Program-made: the position numbers and the translations under genes | Part shown: one piece after another, positions 16,020-25,763 of the stretch | Layout of the letters: each line of letters begins with the position of its first letter | Position numbering within the stretch: position 1 is the stretch's first letter | Virus record (IMG/VR): IMGVR_UViG_3300042431_000344 | Coordinates: 1-33,729 of that record | Source of the DNA: a virus | Lineage: Duplodnaviria; Caudoviricetes | DNA: 33,729 nt | Reading direction: 5' to 3' (one strand) | Notes under the pieces: model-generated | Databases searched by the model: none | The model's input: the letters and a program-made list of their open reading frames with translations, nothing else | Told to the model about the DNA's origin: nothing

Positions 16020-16547
16020 ATGAGTGAAGTCAATGTGGAGAACGCAACCGAGGCCGTGGCTTCGGATGAGACGGTCAGTGAAGACGTAACTGTCGACGCC
16101 GACACTGCCGACGAGGGCCAGTCCTTCGATGCTGAGTATGTCCGTCAACTCCGTAAGGAGTCGGCGAAGTACCGCACGCAGAACAAGGAACTCGCCGATA
16201 AGGCTGCTAAGTACGACGAGTACGTGCAGTCGCAGAAGAGCGAGCAGGAACGTATGGCTGAGGCGCTGGCTTCGGCACAACAGGAGCGCGACACCCTCAA
16301 GGGCGAAATGCTCCGTTTCAAGGTTGCACAGTCGAAGAACCTTCCGCCGTCATTGGTGGATCGACTTCGTGGGGACACTGAGGAAGAGATGGCAGCGGAT
16401 GCTGACGCTCTTCTCGAGGGTCTCAAGGGTCAGTTCGCCCCTAAGGCGAAGCCTTCCCCTGATGCGACTGGCGCAGGCGTCGTTGGTGACGCTGATGCAC
16501 CTTCCAATCCGCTTGAACTGGCTGCTGCAGTACGCGGCAGTCGTTAA
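16020..16547 (+). CDS. Capsid scaffolding protein
   Basis: Acidic N-terminus, FDAEYVRQLRKESAKYR, RLRGDTEEEMAADADAL. Confidence 0.88.
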   Translation: MSEVNVENATEAVASDETVSEDVTVDADTADEGQSFDAEYVRQLRKESAKYRTQNKELADKAAKYDEYVQSQKSEQERMAEALASAQQERDTLKGEMLRFKVAQSKNLPPSLVDRLRGDTEEEMAADADALLEGLKGQFAPKAKPSPDATGAGVVGDADAPSNPLELAAAVRGSR

Positions 16548-16613
16548 TCCAGGCCCGCACGCCCGTGCGTGGCTGCTCAATGCCCGTACGGGCGCTTCAT
16601 CTAGGAGAAACAC

Positions 16614-17510
16614 ATGGCAGGTAATGCCCTTATCACCCAGCAGGTAGGCCCCGTCTGCTCGCAGGCACTTGGTCTTCTGCACACTCAGATTCTGCTTCCG
16701 AGTCTGCTCCGTTTCGACACTGGCGTCAGTGGTTCGCTCGCTGTCGGTGACACCGTCAACGTCCGCAAGCCCGCGTCGTTCGCCGCTAAGGCGTTTAACC
16801 GCGCGACTGGCATCGAGATTCAGGACATCGTCGAGACGACCGTGCCCGTGAAGATCGACAAGATTTGGGACGTGTCGGTTGCTCTGACCGCCGAGCAGGT
16901 CACCCTGAGCCTGACCAACTTCGGTCAGCAGGTCACCTACCCCGCAACGATCGCTCTGGCCGAGAAGGCCGAGGCTCTGTGCATCGACATCCTCAAGACC
17001 GCAACGCTGACCGCTGACATCTTGGTTGCATCCCCCGTGCAGTCGCTGATCGATGCCGTTGCCATTCTGAATGCCAACAAGGTCTCGATGGCGAACCGCA
17101 ACATCGTTGTGGGCACCACGATGGCAGCAGCGCTCAAGAAGAGCGAGAACCTGCTTCGCGTTGACGCTTCGGGTTCCTCGGATGCGCTCCGCAACGCGAT
17201 CATCGGTCGCGTCGCTGGTGCGACCGTGTACGAGTCCCCGTACGTCGGTGCAGAAGAGGGCTTCCTCTTCGGCCAGGACGCAGCAGTCTTTGTCTCCCGT
17301 GCAATGGAGACGATGGGCGGCACCGCTTCCGCACAGACGTTCGAGGGTGTCGCAATGCGCACCGTCATCGACTACGACGTGCAGAAGAAGCAGACCGTTG
17401 CTTCCTTCGACATGCTCACTGGTGGCGCTCTGCTCACCAGCGAGGCCGTCGTGAAGTTGGCGCTCAACGATAGCGCTGTCCCCGTCGTTGCGGCAGCCAC
17501 GACCAAGTAG
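16614..17510 (+). CDS. Major capsid protein
   Basis: AGGAG; GDTVNVRKP; IGRVAGATVYESP; position after scaffold. Confidence 0.9.
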   Translation: MAGNALITQQVGPVCSQALGLLHTQILLPSLLRFDTGVSGSLAVGDTVNVRKPASFAAKAFNRATGIEIQDIVETTVPVKIDKIWDVSVALTAEQVTLSLTNFGQQVTYPATIALAEKAEALCIDILKTATLTADILVASPVQSLIDAVAILNANKVSMANRNIVVGTTMAAALKKSENLLRVDASGSSDALRNAIIGRVAGATVYESPYVGAEEGFLFGQDAAVFVSRAMETMGGTASAQTFEGVAMRTVIDYDVQKKQTVASFDMLTGGALLTSEAVVKLALNDSAVPVVAAATTK

Positions 17511-17516
17511 TTCCTT

Positions 17517-17560
17517 CGGGGGAGGGGGTCGAGTAATCGGCCCTCTCCTCCGTTCACTTT
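17517..17560 (+). terminator. Probable intrinsic terminator after capsid gene
   Basis: Long GC stem around a GTAA loop followed by TTCACTTT. Confidence 0.7.
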
Positions 17561-17576
17561 CTAACTAGGAGGCTCT

Positions 17577-17987
17577 ATGGCTTACGACGCCGACCTCGCT
17601 GCTGCCATTGAGGCGCGCACTGGTCAGCCTGTCGATGCGGACTGGCTCGAGCAGGCATCTGCTGAGGCTATGGCGTACGTGCGCCTCATGGCTCCGTGCA
17701 AGAAGTCCGAGTGGACTGATTTCGCATCTCTTCCGCCTGACGTTCAGGCGATCTTTGTCGCCGCACTTGCGCGCTCCGCTGACAACCCGCGTGGTATCAA
17801 GCAGGAGACCATCGGCGAGTACTCGTACACATTGGTTTCTGGCGCAGGCTCATCTAGCACTGGCCCGTTCTCTCCGTCGGAGCAGCGCATCATCACGTCG
17901 TCCTCTGGCTGTGGTGGCGCCGTTAAGTCCGTCGCGGTGACGATGCCTGAACTGCGCCCACTGGCGGTCCCGTATCAGGAGGACTGA
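17577..17987 (+). CDS. Head-to-tail adaptor
   Basis: AGGAGG; NPRGIKQETIGEYSY. Confidence 0.85.
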   Translation: MAYDADLAAAIEARTGQPVDADWLEQASAEAMAYVRLMAPCKKSEWTDFASLPPDVQAIFVAALARSADNPRGIKQETIGEYSYTLVSGAGSSSTGPFSPSEQRIITSSSGCGGAVKSVAVTMPELRPLAVPYQED

Positions 17988-18322
17988 TGATTCCTGCTCA
18001 CATGATGTCGCAGGACATCGAGATTCACTACCGAGTCGAGGATTCGGTATCTGCATACAACACGCCGCGAGTGTCGAGTTCCGTTGTGACGATCAAGGGG
18101 TACTTCCGTCCCCGCCGATCCAACACGTACGTCGCTGGTGGCGAAGTCATGTCGAGCGACGCAATGGTCATCGTTCAACCGTCGGTGTCGATCACTTCGA
18201 TCGAGTCCGTGGTCGTCGACGGCATTCGCTACCAGATGGATGGTGAGCCGATGCCGCATTGGAACCCGTTACGGCGCTCCGTGCAGTACTACGCCCTTTA
18301 CCTTCGCAGGGGGATCGGATGA
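17987..18322 (+). CDS. Head-to-tail stopper
   Basis: Synteny; VDGIRYQMDGEP..W. Confidence 0.8.
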   Translation: MIPAHMMSQDIEIHYRVEDSVSAYNTPRVSSSVVTIKGYFRPRRSNTYVAGGEVMSSDAMVIVQPSVSITSIESVVVDGIRYQMDGEPMPHWNPLRRSVQYYALYLRRGIG

Positions 18323-18750
18323 TTAGAGCAAAGGCTGGCTACGAGACCGTAAGGAACTCGGGCCCGTTCGGGCGCGCTAACCGCGCCGCAGCGGCGACTC
18401 CTGCCTTGCAGGAAACGATCAACAGGGTTGCTGACATGGTTGTTGATGAGACCAAGTCAGTGATCGCCAGTGAGTCACCCGCGAACCTGTCGGAGTCGTC
18501 GGAGTTGACGACCTACTACAACACTGTGCAGCGTGTTGATGCTGGCGTTGACTTTCCGCGTAAGAAGTTCATGCGCGGGTCGACGATTCGTGTTGCGCTC
18601 GTGTCTCCTGTCGGCGGTGCTGCTTCGGCGAATGTCACGGAGTATGGCAGCGGCAAGACGCCTGGCTTGTACCCGATGACGAAGGCTGTGTTGGCGCTCG
18701 GTGGAACTCTGTTCACTGGCCTCAGCAAGAAGTCGAAGAGTAGGGCCTGA
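18319..18750 (+). CDS. Neck / tail-completion protein (HK97 gp10-like)
   Basis: ATGA overlap; TEYGS..TP...PM.KA. Confidence 0.65.
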   Translation: MIRAKAGYETVRNSGPFGRANRAAAATPALQETINRVADMVVDETKSVIASESPANLSESSELTTYYNTVQRVDAGVDFPRKKFMRGSTIRVALVSPVGGAASANVTEYGSGKTPGLYPMTKAVLALGGTLFTGLSKKSKSRA

Positions 18751-19148
18751 TGAGCCTCGATCCCGTAACTGTTGTTGTTCGCACACTGCTCGAGGATGAC
18801 TCGGTCAGTGCTGCTGTGTCAGGAAGAATCTTCGGGGGCTTCATCCCTCCTGATTCGCTGACACCTCTTATCTTGGTTCGGTCGATCTCGCGTCGTCCGA
18901 CCACGGCCCCCACGACTCAGTGGTGGGACTTGACGGTCTCGGCGGATGTTCACGCAGTTGATCCTGCGGAGTCTTTCCAGATCGCTTGTGCTGTCGAGGC
19001 TGCAGTGAATGCAGTTGTCGGCGGTCAGCCAGAGGGCGTGGTCGCATACAGCGAAGCCCAACGCATTACCCCAGTTGAGGACGGGGCTTGGACCCCTACT
19101 CGGTATCGCAATGTCGTGACCGTTCAGATGACGGCGCGCAGTATCTAA
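18750..19148 (+). CDS. Tail terminator protein
   Basis: Synteny before tail tube; VSGRIF..IP. Confidence 0.75.
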   Translation: MSLDPVTVVVRTLLEDDSVSAAVSGRIFGGFIPPDSLTPLILVRSISRRPTTAPTTQWWDLTVSADVHAVDPAESFQIACAVEAAVNAVVGGQPEGVVAYSEAQRITPVEDGAWTPTRYRNVVTVQMTARSI

Positions 19149-19158
19149 GGAGAAGTAA

Positions 19159-19800
19159 ATGGCTCTTGATGGTGCGGAAGTCCGCGTCGCAGGAACTGGT
19201 CACGTCTACGTGGCCCCGAAGGGCACTGCCCTTCCGACTGATTCATCCACCGCTCTTACCGATGACTGGGTCGATCTCGGCTACGTCACCGAGGACGGTG
19301 TCACCTTCACGTTCGGTCGTGAGACCGAGGATCTGAACGCCTGGCAGGGTGACAAGGTTCGCGTGCTCACTCTCAAGGAGCCGAAGAGCATTGAATTTGC
19401 TCTCATGCAGTCAAACTCTGACGTTCTGACCACCGCTTTCGGTGGCGGCACCGTCACTGGCTCTGCTGGCGAGTTCAAGTTCACCCCCGCTTCTAGTGGC
19501 ACCAACGAAGAGCGTTCGATCGTGATCGAGTTCACCGATGGTGACGTCACGTACCGTTACATCTTCGCGCGTGTTCAGGTCGAGGGCGAGGTTACCTTCA
19601 CCCTGACCCGTTCGGGTGCAGTCACCTACCCGATCAAGTTCGGTGTTCTCGCGGCAACCCCTGCGTACGAGATCCTCACGAACGATGAAGCGTTTGCAGC
19701 ACCTGCTGCGCCCGCTCCTGATCCCGTTGTAGCGACTACTAAGGGATCGACCTCGGGTTCCACCAGCACCGCTACTGCGGCTGCGGACACCACGGTCTAA
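19159..19800 (+). CDS. Major tail (tube) protein
   Basis: AAGGAG; VYVAPKGTALP, DLGYVTEDGVT, AWQG. Confidence 0.92.
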   Translation: MALDGAEVRVAGTGHVYVAPKGTALPTDSSTALTDDWVDLGYVTEDGVTFTFGRETEDLNAWQGDKVRVLTLKEPKSIEFALMQSNSDVLTTAFGGGTVTGSAGEFKFTPASSGTNEERSIVIEFTDGDVTYRYIFARVQVEGEVTFTLTRSGAVTYPIKFGVLAATPAYEILTNDEAFAAPAAPAPDPVVATTKGSTSGSTSTATAAADTTV

Positions 19801-19812
19801 CTAACGCTGCTG

Positions 19813-19843
19813 GCCCCGTCCTCTCACAAGGAGGGCGGGGCTT
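19813..19843 (+). terminator. Hairpin after tail tube gene (terminator-like)
   Basis: GCCCCGTCCTC/GAGGGCGGGGC stem; short T tail. Confidence 0.5.
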
Positions 19844-19880
19844 GCGCTTGCAATCAATCGGCTACGGAAGAGAGAAACAC

Positions 19881-20117
19881 ATGGCAACCCAGTTCACAGT
19901 TCAGTACGAGGACGGCGCGAAGAAGACCTACACGGTCAAGCCGAAGCACATCCTCAAGGTCGAGCGCGAGGGCGGCGGACTTTCCGCCAGCATTGAGTCG
20001 TCGTACAAATTGGCTTGGCTTTCGTCGAACACTGAGAAGACGTTCGATGAGTGGCTTGAGATCGTTGACGACATTGAGCCTGTCGACGACACCGAGGGCG
20101 ATACAAACCCTACTTAA
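19881..20117 (+). CDS. Tail assembly chaperone (gpG-like)
   Basis: Between tube and tape measure; ends at slippery site NPT-stop. Confidence 0.8.
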   Translation: MATQFTVQYEDGAKKTYTVKPKHILKVEREGGGLSASIESSYKLAWLSSNTEKTFDEWLEIVDDIEPVDDTEGDTNPT

Positions 20118-20413
20118 GGCGCGTCGCTGATCTAGCGGTGATGATGGGCGTGCCTCCAGACTCCATCACGGATGATCCCGAGATGTTTGACGCTCTGGAG
20201 GACGCTGTCATCCGCCACGAGACGCGGTGGTCGCAGTCGGATGAGTTGCTTGCTTCCATCCTTGAACTGCTGCACGCGCTGTATCTACTTACTGCAAAAG
20301 CCAATGGTGCCAAGAATGTTGGTAAGCCATTGCATGTTCCGCGCCCGCATGAGAAGGATCTCAGGCCGAAGGCGATGACCCCGCGAGAGTTCGCACTGAA
20401 ATCTAGGAGTTGA
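20105..20413 (+). CDS. Tail assembly chaperone extension (gpT-like) reached by -1 frameshift
   Basis: A AAC CCT heptamer at 20105-20111; -1 frame open to 20413; ends with HVPRP motif region. Confidence 0.7.
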   Translation, partial: KPYLRRVADLAVMMGVPPDSITDDPEMFDALEDAVIRHETRWSQSDELLASILELLHALYLLTAKANGAKNVGKPLHVPRPHEKDLRPKAMTPREFALKSRS

Positions 20414-20415
20414 GC

Positions 20416-23400
20416 GTGGCTGGTCAAAGTGCTGGCGTAGGTCGCCTTTGGGTTGCTGTTGATGCCAACATCGGTCCTGCGATCACGAAACTGGATCTTC
20501 TCGACAAGAAGGTCCGCGAGGTCAAGAACAACATCAACACGATGGGTGGTAACGCCAACGCTACGGCGTCGGGGCTGCAGAAGACTGCCGCTGCTGCGGG
20601 CAAGGTCAGCACCGAGGCGAACAAGGCCGCGCGGGGTGTCGCCGAGGTTGGGCTCCGCGCTCAGTCGGCAGCCAAGCCAATGAAGGCTCTGGAAGCCGCC
20701 ATGTTCCGCTCCTCGCAGGCATTCATCAACCTGCGCTACGGAAACCCGCTCGGCTTCCTCGCTGGTGCGAGCCAGGCTGCGGGTTCGCTCGGCACTGCAC
20801 TCAAGGGCATAGCCCCCGCTGCTGGGGGTGCCGCTGCTGGAATGGCTGGGCTGATCGCGGCTATCGCCGCCGCACCAGTCGTTGTCGGTGTTGCTCTCAC
20901 GGGCATCGGTGCGGCTATCGCCAAGTCTGGTGTTAGTGCTGCCGCCGATCTCGAGCAGTTGAAGATTTCGTTCGAGGGCATGCTGGGCTCTGCTCAGGCA
21001 GCCACAGAGGAAGTCGCGTTCCTGCAGTCGCTTGCTCAGACGAGCATTGTGCCGACCGACCAGATCATGGAGGCTAACCGCCAACTCATGGCGTTCGGCA
21101 TCACCAGCCAGACCATGCGCCAAGACCTCGTCAAGTTCATGGCTGACTACGGGTCGGCGGTGAACCTGTCTACTGGGCAGATTCAGGGCCTGGCTTACGT
21201 TATCGGTCAGATCAACGCACAGGGCAAGGCGTACACGCAGGACATCAAGCAGTTGGCGAATGCCTCGATTGGCATTGACAAGTTGGCTAAGTCACTGGGG
21301 ATGACCACTGGCGAGTTCCAGAAGATGGTTGCCTCGGGTAATGCGACCGCTGACAAGTTGCTTCCCGCGATCGTCAAGGTGGGTAAGTCGTCCGAAGAGA
21401 CCGCCAAGAAGATGAACGAGTCCGCCAAGGGCATGATCTCGAACATCAAGGACATTGCCAACGTCAAGATGTCTAACGCTTTTGGTGGGTTGCTGGCGTC
21501 TCTGAAGCCGATCCTGCAATGGGTGAAGGACTTCATCAAGGCTTTCAACTTCGAGTACATCGCCCAAGCCTGGGAGCAGGTTGTTGGGTACTTCAAGCAG
21601 TCTATGGGCGACATGGGCGCCGACGCTGAGGGCACCGCTGCGAGCATTTCGCAGACCATTGCCAAGGCGATCAATCTCATTGGTTACGTTGCCTCGATCA
21701 CCTTTGCGGTGATGCGTGCGCTGTGGAACACCTTCATGTTGGTGGTCAACGGCGTATGGGCTGCAATCCAGTTGGTCGTCGGTCAGGTGCTCGACAAGTT
21801 GGGCGGCATCATCGAGGTTGCCTCGTATGTGCCTGGCCCGTGGCAGGATGCTATGAAGTCCGCTACCGAGTCGATCAAGACGATGGCGAACGCTGCGGTC
21901 GAGGGTGCCAACATCGCTGGTGGCGCATTCGTCAATAGCGCGGCAGCGGCAGGTAATGCCTGGGCTGGCTTGGTGATGAACTTCCCGAAGTTCAAGGAAG
22001 TCTCTTTCGGCAAGAACATCGGGTACACACCTGGCGGTAACGGATTCAAGACAAGCCCTACTCCTGGTTTCGAGGATACTGTCGGTGATACCACTGGCGA
22101 TTCCAAGAAGGATCCGCGCCTGAAGAAGTGGCAAGAGTGGATCAAGTTCATGCGTGAACTGATCAACGACTTCAAGGAAGCGCTCAAGGAACTCAAGGGG
22201 CTCACCGCTCAGCCGTTCGGCGAGATGAGCAAGATCGCTGAGGCATTCTCCTTCGGAGACGCTTCGTCGAACTACCAGGGCAACATCAAGTCGATCATCG
22301 GCATGTTCGACACCGTGTCTGCTGCGATCACCAAGTACTACAGGGTCTTTGCAAGCCCCAAGGCTGGTGGCAAGGCTGCTGCCGCTAAGGCAGCCGCCGA
22401 GCGCGACTCCATGCTGAACCGCTTGAAGGAAGACACTCAGCGCCTGGTCGATCTCGCTCGCGAGAACGAGCGGATTGCTAAGGAACTCGATACCTGGCAG
22501 AAGACCGAGACTGACCGTCTGCAGTCGCAGATGGACGCACTCGACGCCGCCTACAACGGCACCTTCGATGCCCGTGGGTACGCCATTGAGGGCGCGATCT
22601 CCAAGGCACAGTCCATGCTCGACAAGGCCACCCAGGCATACGACGACGCTAACGCGAAGTTGGCCGACCTGGTGTCCGCTCGTGATGAGTTCCTGAACGG
22701 AATCCGCGACTCTGCTCGTTCGTTCGTCAATGCACTTGAACTGTCCGCGAAGACGATCACCGAGTATACGCGCCTTGACAACGTCGGCTCGTTCATCTCC
22801 ACGGAGAAGCAGAAGACTGCATCTCTCAAGGATCAGATGGCCGAGCGTCTCCAGACGCTCAAGGACTGGGCTGCCAACATCAAGGCCCTACAGGCCAGGG
22901 GTCTGAGCAGCACGCTGCTGCAGGATCTTGTTTCGCAAGGCCCCGAGGCCACCAGCCAGGTCATGACCGATCTGGTGAACGGTTCGCAGCAGTCGATTGA
23001 CGAGATCAACTCGATTCAGACCGAACTCGCTTCGGTGACTGCAGGTATCCAGCGGAACGCGTCGCAGACGTGGTTCGATGCGGGGATTGCTCAGCAGCAG
23101 GCGTTCGTCAATCAGATGCAGATCGCTAAGGATGCTGCGAATCAGGCGCTGCTTGATACGCAGGCTGCCTACCAGATGAAGAAGGCAGCGCTCGATGCTG
23201 ACCTCAAGGCTGTGGCAGATGCCACTGACGCTCACTCGCTGGTGCTCAAGGCGCAGTTGGAAGCCAACGCTAAGACGGCGGCTGACATCAGTGCGTCCAT
23301 CGAAAAGAGCCTGGCGAAACTGACGGACCCGAAGAACCCGAAGAACACCGCGATTCTTGGTAAGAACGCGATGGATGGGTTCATCAAGGGTCTCGAGGAG

Positions 23401-23745
23401 ATGGAGCCGTTGGTTGTTGCGGCGGCTGAGCGCATTGCGAACAAGGTCTCTTCAACGATCTCGAAGGCCCTCAAGATCAACTCTCCATCGAAGGTGATGG
23501 AGCAGTACGGCGCTTGGGTGGGCGAAGGGCTTGCAATCGGCATGGAGTCGTCACTCTCCCGCGTGGAGGTGGCTTCGCTCAACATGTCGAACGCAACTCT
23601 TCCGAGCCTCAATGGATCAGGCCAGTCGGTGCCTGATGTTCGCGTCTACATCGGCGACCGTGAACTGACGGACATGATCGATGTCCGTGTCGCGGCTGCC
23701 GACGGCAGTTCGCTCAACTATGTCACTTCGGGTAGGAGGTACTAA
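20416..23745 (+). CDS. Tape measure protein
   Basis: About 1110 aa, Ala-rich helical; LEQLKISFEGMLGS; LKINSPSKVM; GTG 20416 better spaced from AGGAG than TTG 20410. Confidence 0.93.
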   Translation: MAGQSAGVGRLWVAVDANIGPAITKLDLLDKKVREVKNNINTMGGNANATASGLQKTAAAAGKVSTEANKAARGVAEVGLRAQSAAKPMKALEAAMFRSSQAFINLRYGNPLGFLAGASQAAGSLGTALKGIAPAAGGAAAGMAGLIAAIAAAPVVVGVALTGIGAAIAKSGVSAAADLEQLKISFEGMLGSAQAATEEVAFLQSLAQTSIVPTDQIMEANRQLMAFGITSQTMRQDLVKFMADYGSAVNLSTGQIQGLAYVIGQINAQGKAYTQDIKQLANASIGIDKLAKSLGMTTGEFQKMVASGNATADKLLPAIVKVGKSSEETAKKMNESAKGMISNIKDIANVKMSNAFGGLLASLKPILQWVKDFIKAFNFEYIAQAWEQVVGYFKQSMGDMGADAEGTAASISQTIAKAINLIGYVASITFAVMRALWNTFMLVVNGVWAAIQLVVGQVLDKLGGIIEVASYVPGPWQDAMKSATESIKTMANAAVEGANIAGGAFVNSAAAAGNAWAGLVMNFPKFKEVSFGKNIGYTPGGNGFKTSPTPGFEDTVGDTTGDSKKDPRLKKWQEWIKFMRELINDFKEALKELKGLTAQPFGEMSKIAEAFSFGDASSNYQGNIKSIIGMFDTVSAAITKYYRVFASPKAGGKAAAAKAAAERDSMLNRLKEDTQRLVDLARENERIAKELDTWQKTETDRLQSQMDALDAAYNGTFDARGYAIEGAISKAQSMLDKATQAYDDANAKLADLVSARDEFLNGIRDSARSFVNALELSAKTITEYTRLDNVGSFISTEKQKTASLKDQMAERLQTLKDWAANIKALQARGLSSTLLQDLVSQGPEATSQVMTDLVNGSQQSIDEINSIQTELASVTAGIQRNASQTWFDAGIAQQQAFVNQMQIAKDAANQALLDTQAAYQMKKAALDADLKAVADATDAHSLVLKAQLEANAKTAADISASIEKSLAKLTDPKNPKNTAILGKNAMDGFIKGLEEMEPLVVAAAERIANKVSSTISKALKINSPSKVMEQYGAWVGEGLAIGMESSLSRVEVASLNMSNATLPSLNGSGQSVPDVRVYIGDRELTDMIDVRVAAADGSSLNYVTSGRRY

Positions 23746-24527
23746 TGGCTCTAGGTGAGATCACCTTCACCTCGGAACTGGACCCGACTTCGCGCTGGGT
23801 TGTTCTTACGCTCACGTGCGAAGGCATGACCGAAGCGACTATCAACCGACTCACCCCCGACGGTACGCAGGCTGTTCGCGGGGCCTTCAAGAAGGAAGCG
23901 GTCAACTCTCTGATCGCTGCCGACTACGAGGCCCCGCAGAACACGCCGATTTCGTACTATGCGGTGGTCAGTGACGGCACCCAGACTCGTAACTCGGATC
24001 TGGTAACACTTTCAGGCGAGATCGATCGCGGCGGTGATGTCGTGTTCGGGCTCACTAACCCGCTCGCCGTTCAGAAGGTAATCGTCGTCAGTGTCCCAAG
24101 CCTGGTGTCTGAGAGCCGTCAGGATGTTGTGCAGGTTGTCGGTCGCCGTGATGCGGTGGTCGTATCCGACGTGCGCTCCTTCCCTACAGGGACTCTCACA
24201 CTCGCGACCCTCACCGATGGGGAGCGCTTCGGCCTCTACCAACTGTTGAACGACGGTGGGCTGCTGGCCTTCTCGCCGCATCAGCCGAACTATGGCTTCT
24301 CCGACGTGTGGTATCTCGCGGTTGGCAATGTCACGGAGCGGCGTATTTCGCCTATCGGGCACGCCCCCGAGCGCTACTTCGATCTCGAGTTCCGCCGTGT
24401 CGCACCACCGCCCGCTGACTTCGTCGGCCCCGCCTTCCGCACTTGGGGAGACCTCTGGTCGGAGAGCGTGTCGTGGGACAGCCTTAAGCAGGCAGGTATA
24501 ACCTGGCTGAGACTGCAGGTGAAGTGA
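23745..24527 (+). CDS. Minor tail protein (distal tail-like)
   Basis: Follows tape measure; DYEAP.NTPISY, VVGRRDAVVVSDVR. Confidence 0.8.
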   Translation: MALGEITFTSELDPTSRWVVLTLTCEGMTEATINRLTPDGTQAVRGAFKKEAVNSLIAADYEAPQNTPISYYAVVSDGTQTRNSDLVTLSGEIDRGGDVVFGLTNPLAVQKVIVVSVPSLVSESRQDVVQVVGRRDAVVVSDVRSFPTGTLTLATLTDGERFGLYQLLNDGGLLAFSPHQPNYGFSDVWYLAVGNVTERRISPIGHAPERYFDLEFRRVAPPPADFVGPAFRTWGDLWSESVSWDSLKQAGITWLRLQVK

Positions 24528-25753
24528 TGCTGGGTGCAAGCGATAAGTTCAAGACGCATCTGCGGTCTTCTCACAGCCGCAGGGTCCGCATCGGGCTGTA
24601 CCTCCCCAACGAGTTGGGGGAGTACGAGTTCAACGGTCACTTCGGTGTAGTCGACGGAACGCTGACGATTGACAACTCCCGCAACATCGTGCGGCAGGCT
24701 CAGATGCAGGTGTCTACCCTCGAGTCAACCATCGCAAGTGCTGTCACTGGCGACGCGGCCCGTGACTTCTTTGAGGCGCTCACAGCGAAGTCCGCTGAAC
24801 TTGAGATCGAGTGGGGCTTGATCTACCCAGACCTCTCGGAGGAGTGGGTGACGTTGGCGCGCTTGCGCGTGGACGAGTCCGTGAAGGCTGCTGTCTCAGG
24901 CTCGCTGCAGGTCACTGCGGCGTACGATCCTGGTACTCGGATTGCAGACTTCTACCTCATCACTCCGTATGCACCGTTCAGCATCGACAACACGAAACTG
25001 ACGTACCTAGAGGCCATTCAGGATCTAGTCAACGTGGCATACCCCAGCACTAACCCGCCCGAGTGGATCATCAACGAAGGCGTCGATGGAACGTCCCTTC
25101 CGCCTGACGGCACTGTCTTCACTGGCAGCCGTTGGGATGCGATTCAAGCACTCGCGGTAGCAATCAACACCCGCGTGGCACCCGATCATCTCGGGCGGTG
25201 GACGGTGCAACCCGTGGTCGACAGTCACATTCCAGTGTGGGAAGTTGACGCTGGCGATAGCGGCGTGCTGGTCTCGGAGGAGACGACGTTCTCGCGACGT
25301 GAGCAGTACAACGCTGTCGGCGTTCGCTGGGAATCTCCCAATAGCGGCGGTGGCATTGTGTACCTTGTCGACTCTGATCCCGAGTCGCCTACGTACTTCG
25401 ATGGACCGTTCGGGCGCAAGCCTCGCCCCGAAGAGACGGTGTCAACCATCACCACGGAGGCGCAGGCTCTTGATGCAGCGCGTTCCTTGCTCGACAAGTA
25501 CAAGGGACAGACGCGCGGCATTCAACTGCAGACGCTGCACAACCCGCTGATGGAACCTGGCGACGTGATTGCGGTGCAACTTCCTGACAACACCATTGAG
25601 CGTCACATCATCGACACGCTGTCGATCCCGTTGGCGGGCGGCGTGATGAGCATGCAGACGCGCGTGGTTCGCAGCAGCGGTGGCACGTACGACGCTGACG
25701 GAATCAACTACGGAAGCCCTGCACACACTTACGACGGTCACCCGACTGCCTGA
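24524..25753 (+). CDS. Minor tail / baseplate hub protein (DUF5047-like)
   Basis: SRWDAIQALA, SRREQYNAV, DSDPESPTYFDGPFG, NPLMEPGDVI. Confidence 0.8.
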   Translation: MMLGASDKFKTHLRSSHSRRVRIGLYLPNELGEYEFNGHFGVVDGTLTIDNSRNIVRQAQMQVSTLESTIASAVTGDAARDFFEALTAKSAELEIEWGLIYPDLSEEWVTLARLRVDESVKAAVSGSLQVTAAYDPGTRIADFYLITPYAPFSIDNTKLTYLEAIQDLVNVAYPSTNPPEWIINEGVDGTSLPPDGTVFTGSRWDAIQALAVAINTRVAPDHLGRWTVQPVVDSHIPVWEVDAGDSGVLVSEETTFSRREQYNAVGVRWESPNSGGGIVYLVDSDPESPTYFDGPFGRKPRPEETVSTITTEAQALDAARSLLDKYKGQTRGIQLQTLHNPLMEPGDVIAVQLPDNTIERHIIDTLSIPLAGGVMSMQTRVVRSSGGTYDADGINYGSPAHTYDGHPTA

Positions 25754-25763
25754 GAAGGAAACT

